NCBI GenBank assembly: GCA_023920165.1
Contig: CP089278.1
Span: forward strand, 930,001 to 994,000
Reading direction: 5' to 3'
Length of the DNA stretch: 64,000 nucleotides
Source of the DNA: Curvularia clavata
Taxonomy: Eukaryota
The translations under genes were made by a program, and so were the position numbers. Below the pieces are notes generated by a model. That model saw only the letters and a list, made by a program, of their open reading frames with translations, had not been told where the DNA came from and did not search any database. This document shows positions 13,603 to 23,945 of this stretch, piece after piece; the first letter of the stretch is position 1; each line of letters begins with the position of its first letter.

Positions 13603-14202
13603 TCAAGACTGTCCATTCTTCTCTGCCAGCATCTCCTCAATGTGCTTGTTTAACCAATACTTCCTCAGTGTCTCAACTGGCATATCCTTTGCGCCCGTGA
13701 TCTGACCCCTGCACTCTGAGGTCTTGCAAAGGCAATCGAAAGGCTGCGCCATGCTCCATTCCGTGCTTGGATAGAAGAATGTCAACTCATCGCCCTCTTT
13801 CAATCCCTCGCCTTGCTCGCTAACCCTGACCTCCCATCTCTCCATGTCGAAAACCAAACTAGGTTTGCAACTGTGGTTAATGTACAAAAGGTCGCAATTC
13901 AGCTCAATGTGTAGGTCGCGTCCAGCTTGTACGGATGAGTACGCGACTGTGGCGGGGGTGGGGTTCGTGATGCGCGCGAAGACCGCACCAGGCGGCAGAT
14001 TGACGAGTGAGACGGAGCGGCTGGTAAAGGAACCAGGGTTGTGCTCTACTCGCAGCAGACGAGTAAGATCGGGTTGCACCCACGCAGGAATTTGCGTCGT
14101 GTTGTTTGAAGCTGGTGACGTAACGTGATTGGTGTTCGATTTTCCATTCGCGTGGGGGGTCGCGACTGCAGAGGTGGTCGGAGGTACAGCTGAGGGAGAC
14201 AT
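13603..14202 (-). CDS. Small stand-alone SET-domain protein with post-SET zinc cluster (putative lysine methyltransferase)
   Basis: SET motifs YINHSC.P and GDELTFFY, plus post-SET CLCKTSECRG. Likely start is MSPSAV at 14202. Confidence 0.85.
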   Translation of the reverse strand: MSPSAVPPTTSAVATPHANGKSNTNHVTSPASNNTTQIPAWVQPDLTRLLRVEHNPGSFTSRSVSLVNLPPGAVFARITNPTPATVAYSSVQAGRDLHIELNCDLLYINHSCKPSLVFDMERWEVRVSEQGEGLKEGDELTFFYPSTEWSMAQPFDCLCKTSECRGQITGAKDMPVETLRKYWLNKHIEEMLAEKNGQS

Positions 14203-16640
14203 GCTTGTGACGATGATTGAGAGGAAAATCTGGAATATGTACAATACTTGGTATCAATTGGTCTTTGCAGTTCAGCAAGGAGATGAGAAAGCTAGAGGGG
14301 CAGTTTCTCTTTAGTACTCGGCTCTTCTGACTTCTGATTGCCAGTCGACCGAGGCATTTGCTCAACTACCGTCCCACATGAGTACAAGGTCCACTTGAAA
14401 ACGTAGCCTATCCTTCTGTTCGGAGATGTCACGGCTTGTTCCATGTTCTGGTCTGCGCCTCACTGCGGTGCAGTAGCGTATCCCGTGACGCAACACTGTA
14501 CAACTCGCACTTGTAAACAAAACGAATGAAATATGCCAGCGTGGCATTCGGACTAAGGGAATCTGCAACAAAAGATGAGAGCTCCTCTACCGACCCTAGA
14601 AACGATAGATTCCGTGGTTTTCTTTGCACACTGCATGTGAAGTGTTCACAGGAGAGTGGAAAGAGAGGAAGAGAATTACACTCTCTGCTATATGTTGTGT
14701 TTATTAAACAGCTCATTCGGTATGACGGTATGCCTTCCCCGCGCCCATGCCTAGAGCATGATCGCACGGTATGGTTTTTTGATTTTCGGCGGGAACCACT
14801 TCGGCTTGTGGAAGCCCCATGAGGCCTAACTACTTGTATAGTAGTGCCAATCTAAACTGTAAATAGCAATGCTCGGTTGTAAACTTCACCTCGGCTCCTT
14901 TTCTGTGAAATAGTAGGAAATTGATTCAGTGTAAAGAACGCAATAGCGTTGTGCCAAACACTCCTGAGTCTAGCTAGCTTTAAATGTAATGTCTAGGCTG
15001 CTTCCCTTGCTAAGTTAGCTTGCAAATCACGACGCTACCGAAGAAAACGCCAGGATATCCCTTCCATATTTCAGATATAGAGGTGCCGGATTAATAACAT
15101 AGGTAGAAGCTGTCGGTTCCAGCGAGTAGAAAGGCATTTACATTAGCCTATCAGCTACAAATAACTCGTCACAATGTGACACGACATTTCCTATTGATTC
15201 AGTGGCACTGGAGATGCTACACCATTCGCTCCTTCTGCTCTATTATCTCCAGCGCCCAATTACACAGTTCCGTGCCACCACTATGGGCTGCCCATTGCGA
15301 TTCGAAGGTCTGTACAGAGAAATATTCCCTAAGCCGCGAGGTCTCTCACGCGCCTGCTTCCCAACGCTTTAAATATGATTATGTGGAATACACCGCCATT
15401 ATATTTTGCTTACACTCAGGTTTCTCTTTGTCGAAATTTTTGTCAACATTCCAAACTCCTCTAACAGCAGCCTTAGCAACCCTGTCAAACGAGCGAGTCT
15501 TAATTCTGGTACCGTGGCTTTGAAAATACACTAATGCTATATTCAAGGTTGAAACGAATGAGGTGGTTACGACAAGTGTCTAACCAGAAAGTGTATAGAG
15601 GGTTTTTGTTGTTTAGCAGAAGGAAACTCGATTCACTCGTGGCCCAGAGAATCGCAATAAATACTTCACCAGATTAATGAGCTGTAAGCCCACTGTACAA
15701 CACTCCCCCAAAGCATTCCTTCCAATAGGCTGAACTTCAAATGCTTGAACAAAAGATCAGCTCGTCCCTATACGTACGTCATGTACATTTCAGGTAACAG
15801 CGCTGTCATCATGGTCTTACCGCTAGTCAGTCGGAACACGACACGCGTAATAATCACTACCTAAGTAACTGAAGGGGCGATGATCTCCAGAAACATTTAG
15901 TCTATGTGGGATAAATCATGCATACTCTTACTCTTACTCACATTTGTGAGAAATTCAACCTAAATATGTAATCATCGCTTGGGCCATGACTCTTAATACT
16001 CGGACTAGATATTTCAACCTGATAATCTGCTGCATTCGGCGCTACTATAGAAGCTCACCGAACATTCCACCGCCTAGATAGTCATGTACCTGTTACAGCG
16101 GGCTGTTGATCCCTTTCTCTACACGTCAGCTGTGCCGCCACTAGTACGAGGTACTCACATCCATATTCATAGACTTTTTCATCTAGGAATGGCTTTTCGA
16201 TTGCGACGCGGCCTCTTCATTCTTGATACCGTGGCCTCTAAGCGATCCTTATTGTATCAGAGTGCTTCTCCTGTTCCTATAGTCATCCTGGTAGAAACAT
16301 CTTTTTGGGTGTTCTTTATAGGGTTTATGATGCATGTTGAAACCCATCAAACCACCTATCAAGTCAGTGCATGACACCTTTCCTCGTGTCTTCTCCACTT
16401 TATCGTTCCTGCATACGGTCCGACCCAGCATTATATACACGACCCCAATCAATGAGTTGCATGTACCACCTTACTGGGGAAGTACGAGACTCAATACTGG
16501 TGTGACATAGGTATATCAAACGAGAGTAGAACCATCCCCTCGGCTGAGCAGTATTTAAACCTCCGCTCATCATCGCTAAGTGACTATCACACAGCAACAA
16601 GATCGCCTTTCTCACATCTGCAATTATTTCCGCCTCAAAA

Positions 16641-16923
16641 ATTCGTTTAATTCTTCTTTCAATCGCACTCGCTTCCGTAACTTCTGCGGCTTTTCTCGAG
16701 CCCGAGAACGATGACAACCCGACTCCGTCTAAAGTGGTACCGGAATTCGAAGCAAGCCCCAAGGTACCTTCCCTCCTTCGAACTCATCGAACTTCCTGGC
16801 ATAAAAACTAACCGAAACTTTTTCCCTTTTTCTCAGAAACGAGCTTTGGGGTGCGATGGGGCTTACTGCGACTGCGTAAAAAATTGCTCTACCGTCAATC
16901 CTCGCGTGCCAGGATACCCGGCC
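16641..16923 (+). pseudogene. Disrupted small secreted cysteine-rich (effector-like) protein gene
   Basis: TATTTAAA at about 16552. CAAAA-ATT sits where an ATG is expected, followed by the signal peptide (M)RLILLSIALASVTSA and an acidic pro-region. A phase-0 intron at 16764-16836 (GTACCT..CTAAC..CAG) leads to a Kex2 KR site and ALGCDGAYCDCVKNCSTVNPRVPGYPA. The frame then runs into the inverted repeat at 16924. Confidence 0.7.
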
Positions 16924-17235
16924 GTCGACCAACCCTCTTTAAAACCTCCCTGTTCGTTCGCGACAACGTACAGCCGCGATGAGCTCGGCGGACTATAGAG
17001 TGAGCTAAGAAGGCAGAAATTAAGACTGCAGCTATAAAAGGTTACTTTAAGGTGGGAACTGTGCAGTTCGGCAGTTTCTCCGTGTAGATAGCAGGAGCGT
17101 CAGAATATGGCTAATCAGCTGTGCATCTTAAGCGGTGTTAGCCATACAGTAGTGTGCTGAGATGTCTGCGACCCTTGCTCCGAGTTGTGGCTGAGGACGG
17201 TGCCTCTGAGAGTAATACTCTAGGCAGATCTGGTT
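16924..17235 (+). repeat. Left long inverted repeat
   Basis: Aligns by eye to the reverse complement of 21140-21438. Shared blocks include GTCGACCAACCCTCT, CCCTGTTCGTT, AGAGTGAG, AAGACTGC, TTTAAGG, TGTGCAGT, TTTCTCCG, TCTTAAGCG, GTGCTGAGATG, CTGCGACC, TGTGGCTGAG and AGGCAG. Confidence 0.9.
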
Positions 17236-17499
17236 TATTCTAGGCCCTGCGGACAGGCGTCTGTCCAGTCGCGCACACAAGTTGCAAGAAGCTACCTCTC
17301 CAGCTTATGTCAACCAACCTTCTCAACAAGTACTAATTAAAATAGATGATGCGTATTTAGCAAATAGACTGACTACATTAATAAACTCCTTGAGAAGCTA
17401 GCCATGTAAGATTGGTAAGCTTAAACGCATGTAACTTCGCGATCTAGTAACAGACAAAATAAACGCGTTAACTAACTAGTTAACTATAAGTTGCTGAAT

Positions 17500-20400
17500 T
17501 TATTCTGCTTGCCAAACATTTAGCGCCTTAAGTGACGACCGCGTATCAGGGTGTTGCCTTCCAAGGATGTGCTGGCGCGACTGAAAGCATTTTTGCATTA
17601 TCGTAAGGGCTTCCTCTAGACGATCTTGTGAATGCAGCGTATAAGCAAGATTGTGCATGCTGGTCAGCGTGTCTGGATGCTCTTCGCCAAGCACTCTCTT
17701 GCTCGTCTGCATCACTTGAGCGCCTAGCTCTTCGGCCTTGCCCCAGTGCCCTTGGTTCCAGTACGTCGACGCTAGGTTAGCCATGCTAGTCAGCGTAGAA
17801 GGATGCTCGTCGCCAAGCACTCTCTTACGAGTCTGCATTACTTGTATAAATAGCTCTTCAGCCTTACTCCAGTACCCTTGGTTCCTGTACGTCGACGCTA
17901 GATTAGCTATACTAGTCAGCGTGTCTGGATGCTCGTCGCCAAGCACTCTTTTGCGAGTCTGCATCACTTGTACAAATAGCTCTTCAGCCTTGCCCCAGTA
18001 CCCTTGGTTCATATACGTCGCCGCTAGATTAGCTATACTAGTCAGTGTGTCTGGATGCTCGTCGCCAAGCACTCTCTTGCTCGTCTGCATCACTCGAACG
18101 CCTAGCTCTTCGGCCTTGCCCCAGTGCCCTTGGTTCCAGTACGTCAACGCCAGGTTGGCCATGCTGGTCAGCGTGGAAGGATGCTCGTCGCCAAGCACTC
18201 TCTTACGAGTCTGCATTACTTGCATAAACAGCTCTTCAGCCTTGCCCCAGTGCCCTTGGTTCCTATACGTTAACGCCAGATTAGCTATACTAGTCAGTGT
18301 GTCTGGATGCTCGTCGCCAAGCACTCTCTTGCTCGTCTGCATCACTCGAACGCCTAGCTCTTCGGCCTTGCCCCAGTGCCCTTGGTTCCTGTACGTCAAC
18401 GCCAGATTAGCCATGCTAGTCAGCGTAGAAGGATGCTCGTCGCCAAGTACTCTCTTACGAGTCTGCATTACTTGTATAAATAGCTCTTCAGCCTTACTCC
18501 AGTACCCTTGGTTCCTGTACGTCGACGCTAGATTAGCTATACTAGTCAGCGTGTCTGGATGCTCGTCGCTAAGTACTCTCTTGCGAGTCTGCATCGCTTT
18601 CACAAACAGCTCTTCGGCCTCTTTATACCTCCCATCATCGTACAGAGTTACGGCACATTTCCATACAAGATCCAGCCTTTTCTTATCGTTTCCTTCTGTC
18701 TGAATGTGCGAAAGAGCATACAGGGCATGCGGAAGTAAGCGCCTCCACTTGCTTCTGTTAATATAATCACCGTTCGGAAACACCTGGACTAACTGTGTGA
18801 TGACGTGTCGAGTCCAATGTTGGAGCTGTCCCTGAGCTTGTAGTCTAGCACGTAGGGCATCATGCACTAGCCTATGGACGTCTAGTGCTAATTCGGCCGG
18901 GCGTCTAGTGATAAGCGCATACTTTTCTAGCATCTTAATGGATTCTTCCCGGGCCTGCGGAGACGATGCCTCAAGAAGGTCGAGCGCAATATCTTTTCGA
19001 TCCACGCATGCAGTAAGGAAAAGATAGTCTGCAGCGATTGTGTTTCTGTGGCGAACTTGGCTGATAGACAGAGATAACGTAGCAGCAATGGGGCTTTCTA
19101 AACCGCAGTTCTGCGGCCTGTGCTCAAGCAAGTCATTGTTGTACTCGTGAACTATGCTTTTGTACTTGTCGAGTTGTGTTGCGTACTCTTGCACTGTCAT
19201 CTCACTAGCGCTCATACACGCGGCTGCATGCACGATTGCTATAGGCAGGTATGAAAGCTCTCTAAGCAAGAGGACCGACTGTTGTTGCTCTGTGGGCGAG
19301 AGTGGCCTTGACAAACTGTTTTGCAGCATTCTTAACGCCGTGTCTGCCGTTAGCTCATGTAGCGCTATGGCATTTTGTCGAGCAAGCGTCTCAGCTATTT
19401 TGGTGCTTGTTGTTGTGAAGATCACAGAACATCGTGTGGACTGTGGCAGGTAGTCAGCTAAGCCTGTCGCATCTACCGTTGACGAGCTGCCAGATAGTAG
19501 AGTGATGTCATCTACATTGTCGAACACCAGCAAACACTGCCGCTCCCTCAGCTCTACCACACAGTGCTTTATGATCTGCTTTATATCTGCCAGATCATTG
19601 TTATCCCATCCAGGGATACTAAGCTTCTGCGCAACGCTTATATACGATTGGTAGAGGCTATCCTTGTGGCTCGCATCCATCCAGAACACCGCGCAGTCTA
19701 TATCGTGTTGCCTTGCTCGGTGTGCAACCTCGAGTGCAAGCTGTGACTTGCCCGTTCCGCCAGGCCCAACGATCGCTAGGGTAGTAGTGCTTTGCTTGTT
19801 GCTAAAGAGCTTCGCCTCTAGCTCCGCGAGCTGCGGTTCGCGGCCCACAAAAGACTTGTTCCGCGAGAACGGAATAATAGACGGTGCGCTGCTAACTCCC
19901 TGTATCTCAGCCTGCAGTCTTTCTAATGCGCTCTCCTGTCCTTCGCCATATGTTGCGGGTATAGAGACGTCAAGAACTCCAAGTAGACAGTATACTATAT
20001 CCTCTTCCTCAGTTGTCACACGATTTTCGGCCCATCGCATGCGCTCAGATGTGCTGAACTGGTTGAGGGGACAGTTGCGCAGCGCTGCAAGCGGAATGCT
20101 AGTGATGGTGTTGAGTAGTTGATCAAGCGACGTTTTGTCGCCTATGCGCAGTCCTTCGCGCGAAAAGAACTCCACGGATAATGGCGCAATTAGCTCTTGC
20201 AGTGTCCATCCGCGAGTAAACCACGCGCTTGCACGGAATGACGCCTCCCAGTCGCTGCGCTGCACTAGCTCTGTTACAGTCGACACTGACACATCTGACA
20301 GAAACACGTAGCATCGTGTCGCATTCTTGTACCACTGAAACATAGAGTTGATGGCCCTTGAGCGCTCGTTATTGTTCCATCGGTCGATGCAGCATGTGTC

Positions 20401-20622
20401 GATCCAGAAGTACTGCAGCTCGTCCTGTACCGCTTGCCTGGCGCAAAACATAAGCTTCTTATAGCCTTCCGCTTTCTTCTTGTACATCTCGCTTGCTATA
20501 TCTTCGATGAGAATCTCCGAGTCGCTCCATCTGTGTGATAGGATAGCGTAAGGTGGAATACGTTTGCCGCTAAAATCTGTCAGGACGAGCCTGCTCAACG
20601 CGTCAAAATGAAGGAGTCGCAT
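17500..20622 (-). CDS. Fungal NLR: HET domain - NB-ARC - TPR (1040 aa, intronless)
   Basis: HET motifs YAILSHRW, YFWIDTCCID and WFTRGWTLQELIAP. Walker A GPGGTGKS, Walker B LLVFDNVDD, LSYLPIAI and VHRLVH. C-terminal 42-aa TPRs of the HPDTLTSMANLA type. Confidence 0.95.
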   Translation of the reverse strand: MRLLHFDALSRLVLTDFSGKRIPPYAILSHRWSDSEILIEDIASEMYKKKAEGYKKLMFCARQAVQDELQYFWIDTCCIDRWNNNERSRAINSMFQWYKNATRCYVFLSDVSVSTVTELVQRSDWEASFRASAWFTRGWTLQELIAPLSVEFFSREGLRIGDKTSLDQLLNTITSIPLAALRNCPLNQFSTSERMRWAENRVTTEEEDIVYCLLGVLDVSIPATYGEGQESALERLQAEIQGVSSAPSIIPFSRNKSFVGREPQLAELEAKLFSNKQSTTTLAIVGPGGTGKSQLALEVAHRARQHDIDCAVFWMDASHKDSLYQSYISVAQKLSIPGWDNNDLADIKQIIKHCVVELRERQCLLVFDNVDDITLLSGSSSTVDATGLADYLPQSTRCSVIFTTTSTKIAETLARQNAIALHELTADTALRMLQNSLSRPLSPTEQQQSVLLLRELSYLPIAIVHAAACMSASEMTVQEYATQLDKYKSIVHEYNNDLLEHRPQNCGLESPIAATLSLSISQVRHRNTIAADYLFLTACVDRKDIALDLLEASSPQAREESIKMLEKYALITRRPAELALDVHRLVHDALRARLQAQGQLQHWTRHVITQLVQVFPNGDYINRSKWRRLLPHALYALSHIQTEGNDKKRLDLVWKCAVTLYDDGRYKEAEELFVKAMQTRKRVLSDEHPDTLTSIANLASTYRNQGYWSKAEELFIQVMQTRKRVLGDEHPSTLTSMANLALTYRNQGHWGKAEELGVRVMQTSKRVLGDEHPDTLTSIANLALTYRNQGHWGKAEELFMQVMQTRKRVLGDEHPSTLTSMANLALTYWNQGHWGKAEELGVRVMQTSKRVLGDEHPDTLTSIANLAATYMNQGYWGKAEELFVQVMQTRKRVLGDEHPDTLTSIANLASTYRNQGYWSKAEELFIQVMQTRKRVLGDEHPSTLTSMANLASTYWNQGHWGKAEELGAQVMQTSKRVLGEEHPDTLTSMHNLAYTLHSQDRLEEALTIMQKCFQSRQHILGRQHPDTRSSLKALNVWQAE
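17540..18640 (-). repeat. 126-bp (42-aa) TPR tandem array: 7 near-identical core units plus degenerate flanking units
   Basis: GGATGCTC(G/T)TCGC recurs at 126-nt spacing from about 17675 to 18557. Confidence 0.95.
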
Positions 20623-21139
20623 GACGTGTGTGGCCTTATTTTAGTTAAGAAAAGAGGAGAGCGAGTAATTTTGCTAAGTTAGGTGTATAACAACAAGACC
20701 ATGAGGAGGCAGAGCAAGCTTAATCTAGGCTCCCATGAAGGCAGCCTTGGGAGGCAGTGCATCTAGCCAGGCTGAGGGGGCTGAATACGTGGACCACTCA
20801 GGGCCGTTCCGCCTCACAATCTGGATTTGGACAGTGTTTGCCTTGTCGATAACTATATCTTAGGAAACGTGCACGCATAAGTAAAGCGTAAGCAGGCAGA
20901 GTAGTTATACAAGCAAAGGTTATCGTAGTAGCTCGCCCCAACACTACTGTCAGCGGAACAGCTTCTGTCACAACCTAGATCGTGACAATGCAGAACCAAT
21001 ATTGTATCGCATGCGCTTTAGACGTGATATAACATACTTTAGAGGAGAAGTTGAATGCGCTGCTAAAGAGCAGTACTGGATTGAGCTTGCCACTCCCTAG
21101 CAGTAAACGCGTATATACGACTGGGAAGTGCTGCCGGAA

Positions 21140-21438
21140 ACAACAGCTGCCTGGGGCACAATGCTCAAAGCCGTAGTGCTCAGCCACAGCGCGCAACAAA
21201 GGTCGCAGGCATCTCAGCACGCTACAGTAGCTGAAAGCTCGCTTAAGACGCTGCGTTGTAACGATTCTACAGTCCACGCGGAGAAATTGCCGGACTGCAC
21301 ACTCCGTGCCTTAAATTGACTTTCTGAGGCGGCAGTCTTCATCTTCGACTTCTCAACTCACTCTCTGACCCGCCAAGCTCTTGGCGACCATGCGTAGCCG
21401 CAAACGAACAGGGGGGTTCTTAGAGAGGGTTGGTCGAC
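21140..21438 (-). repeat. Right long inverted repeat
   Basis: Its reverse complement aligns with 16924-17235; many of the differences are C/T or G/A transitions. Confidence 0.9.
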
Positions 21439-21845
21439 AGCACTAATAAAAAGAGTGACAGCACAGTTGGCAACGCGTTCTCTGATGTCGGATGGGGACG
21501 CAGTAGGAGAACGAGGACTATAATATATATTCACACTAGACCGGCCAGTTCATATATACCGTGTGAACATGCCGGGCGTCCCGGCACGTGAGGATCGACA
21601 TTAATGAGGCCTGTAAAACTACTTGCAAAAATGGGCACTGCTCCAATGCTTTCTCAGCAGGATCTTCTTACCCCCCTGAGTGTTCTAAGCAGGTTGGTGG
21701 TTAATTACAACATGTAGTTAATAAATCTACATTATCTACGTCATCTGATTCTCAGCGACTCGAACCAATTGATCTTAGGGTCGAGATCCATAGTCCAGCC
21801 CCTTGCCCTCGTGCATATTTCATAACTCCGTCGATTCGCATCTGT

Positions 21846-23587
21846 CTACTTTTTGTAAGACTGATCCACTGGCACGACGTTCTCATCGCTATCCACACTT
21901 GTCGCTGGTACGCCCTGCAAGCCCATCATGCTCGTGTCATATCCATTCGCCGTGAGATATTCTCTAAACTTGATATCCTCTTGGTCGATGGTATTCTGCC
22001 CAATGTGCGGAAGCAACAACACCAAGCCAGCTGCCAAAAAGGCAAGAGAAGACGCTACAAAGAATGGATTGCGTCCGGCCGCAATCTCGTCGTCGCCAGC
22101 TGCTTTCTGTATCGCGTCGAGCGCATAGGAACCAGCGAAAGCACCGATTTTGCCTACTGCGGCTGCAATGCCGTAGTATTGTCCCCTACAAACTTGTTAG
22201 TCCAAGATCTTTGTAAGGTGAAGATTAAATTCGATCCGTACCGAATGCCAGTCGCACACGTCTTGGATGCCACCAAACCAATATTATCTCCAGGGCCAAA
22301 CTCTCCAAGCGCAAGGAAAATGCCATACACAACCACAAACCCAGCGACATTCTCAGGCTTACTCAACCACGGATAGCACCCTGCCATGATGAAACCGATA
22401 GCACCCTGCAAGGTGACTCCGATGAACAGCGTCTTCTTAGGGCCCATGGAAGGCAGATCGGCGACAAAGGCGCCAGCAAGGCATCCAGGCATATAGAAAA
22501 AGTTGATAAGAATATTCCACGCCAGACTTTTCCACAGAGGCGCCGACTCTCCGAGTAAGTTAGCCAAAATCGAGGTCGCGTAAATGCCGAAAGAATAGGC
22601 GCTAAAGTCATAGATAAACCAGATGATGCTGACGACACTGAGCCGGAACCAGTAAAACTTCGCAATCAGCAACCAGGGAGTTTTCGCCTTGGCTAGAGAT
22701 TCACGCTTGAACGCCTCTGGCTCTTGCAGTTTGAGACGGAGGTACAGGAGCGATAGAGGCGGGATGATTCCAATGCCGAGACAGACACGCCAGGCGACTC
22801 GAAGATGGTTTTCTCCAGTAATCAGAACAACAACGGTGGCGATGATTGCGCTGATGAAGAAGGCTAGATCGATTTGGACGTTGGTGAAGAGGATGAACCA
22901 TTTATTTCGTGTCCCTTCTTTGAGCTCGCCCGTCGATTCGGCGCAGCCTACACTGCCGGCTGGGTACTCTCCGCCAATACCTGGGGTAGTTAGCAGGGTG
23001 TTGTTTGGTGTCCAGATTCGCTAGCATACCAATTCCCAGGAAGAAGCGGTACACGACCAGCGCTGTCAGCAGACCGCTTGGGTTGCCACCTGCCCCGTAC
23101 GAGGCCGTGCCCAAAATCGCAAATAGAATGATTATAATTGTTGACGTAAATAGAGACCATTTTCTCGAAAAGTGGTCGGACGTGTACCCGAAAAACAACA
23201 TGCCGACAACCGTACCGGCGAATGTGATACTCGAAACATTTGCTTGTGCCGAAGATGACGCGTATTCCTTGGGATAGATAGTCTTGAGCATAGTATTGAC
23301 AGGCCCGATAATCTAGCCATGGTGTTAGCAATCTCATGTCTCCAAAGTTGTCCTTTTCTTGACGATGCTTTGGGCTAGGTTCTTGTCGCGCTGGGAAGTG
23401 GTGTCGCTTGTTGGGTCGGTCGTACATTGTTCAGGTAACCATCACTAAAAAGACCAGCGCCGCACGCAATCACAGGCCATAATCGCTCCCATCTCCCTTT
23501 CTCAGTCCTCGCAACACTGCCTCGCTGTTCCACATCTTTCTCAGCAGTGCGCTCCGGTTGAGACTTCACGTCCATAGCAGTAGCCAT
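21846..23587 (-). CDS. GIT1: MFS glycerophosphoinositol/glycerophosphodiester permease
   Basis: Spliced exons give RLWPVIACGAGLFSDGYLNN, FGYTSDHFSRKW, GIGGEYPAGSV, GEFGPGDNIG and GQYYGIAAAVGKIGAF. Confidence 0.9.
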
Positions 23588-23939
23588 GGTAGTGTCGCTG
23601 CTGGTAAATTCACCAAGATCAGGATCGGCTTGGTGTATACGTGAATTGCTGGACTCCACGCAGCGTGGCAGTTGATCAGAGGTGCTCTGTGGCAATAGCA
23701 GTCGAAAGGTTCGTTTGCGGGGCCAACTGATCATTTAACGGCTTCCCCGACCTTGGTCTTGTTGTTCCGCGGTAAGTGGCACCAACCACTTTGCCGCAAA
23801 GACCCTGTGATCAAGTTTTCTTCTCAACCGGGTTGGGCATAGTGCAGAGAAGGAGACGCACATCGGAGTCCAGTAGCCACTCAGATGGGAGAGCCTTTCC
23901 ACCGGTGTGTATTTTCCTGTGGCGGAGGGCTGCCTTTTG

Positions 23940-23945
23940 CACGTG
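23940..23945. promoter_or_regulatory. CACGTG E-box, candidate Pho4/NUC-1 phosphate-starvation site upstream of GIT1
   Basis: GCACGTG lies about 350 bp upstream of the GIT1 ATG, and yeast GIT1 is Pho4-regulated. A single hexamer could occur by chance. Confidence 0.4.

Larger units (their letters stand above)
16924..21438. mobile_element. Putative non-autonomous DNA element with long inverted repeats, carrying a HET-NB-ARC-TPR gene
   Basis: Left end GTCGACCAACCCTCT... and right end ...AGAGGGTTGGTCGAC are perfect inverted matches for 15 nt and alignable for about 300 bp. There is no transposase ORF, and the unit interrupts a secreted-protein gene. An alternative right end is 21540 (CCGGCC direct repeats). 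Confidence 0.7.

Noticed and set aside
17738..18703. 321-aa repetitive ORF on the plus strand
   Set aside because: Antisense shadow of the TPR array.
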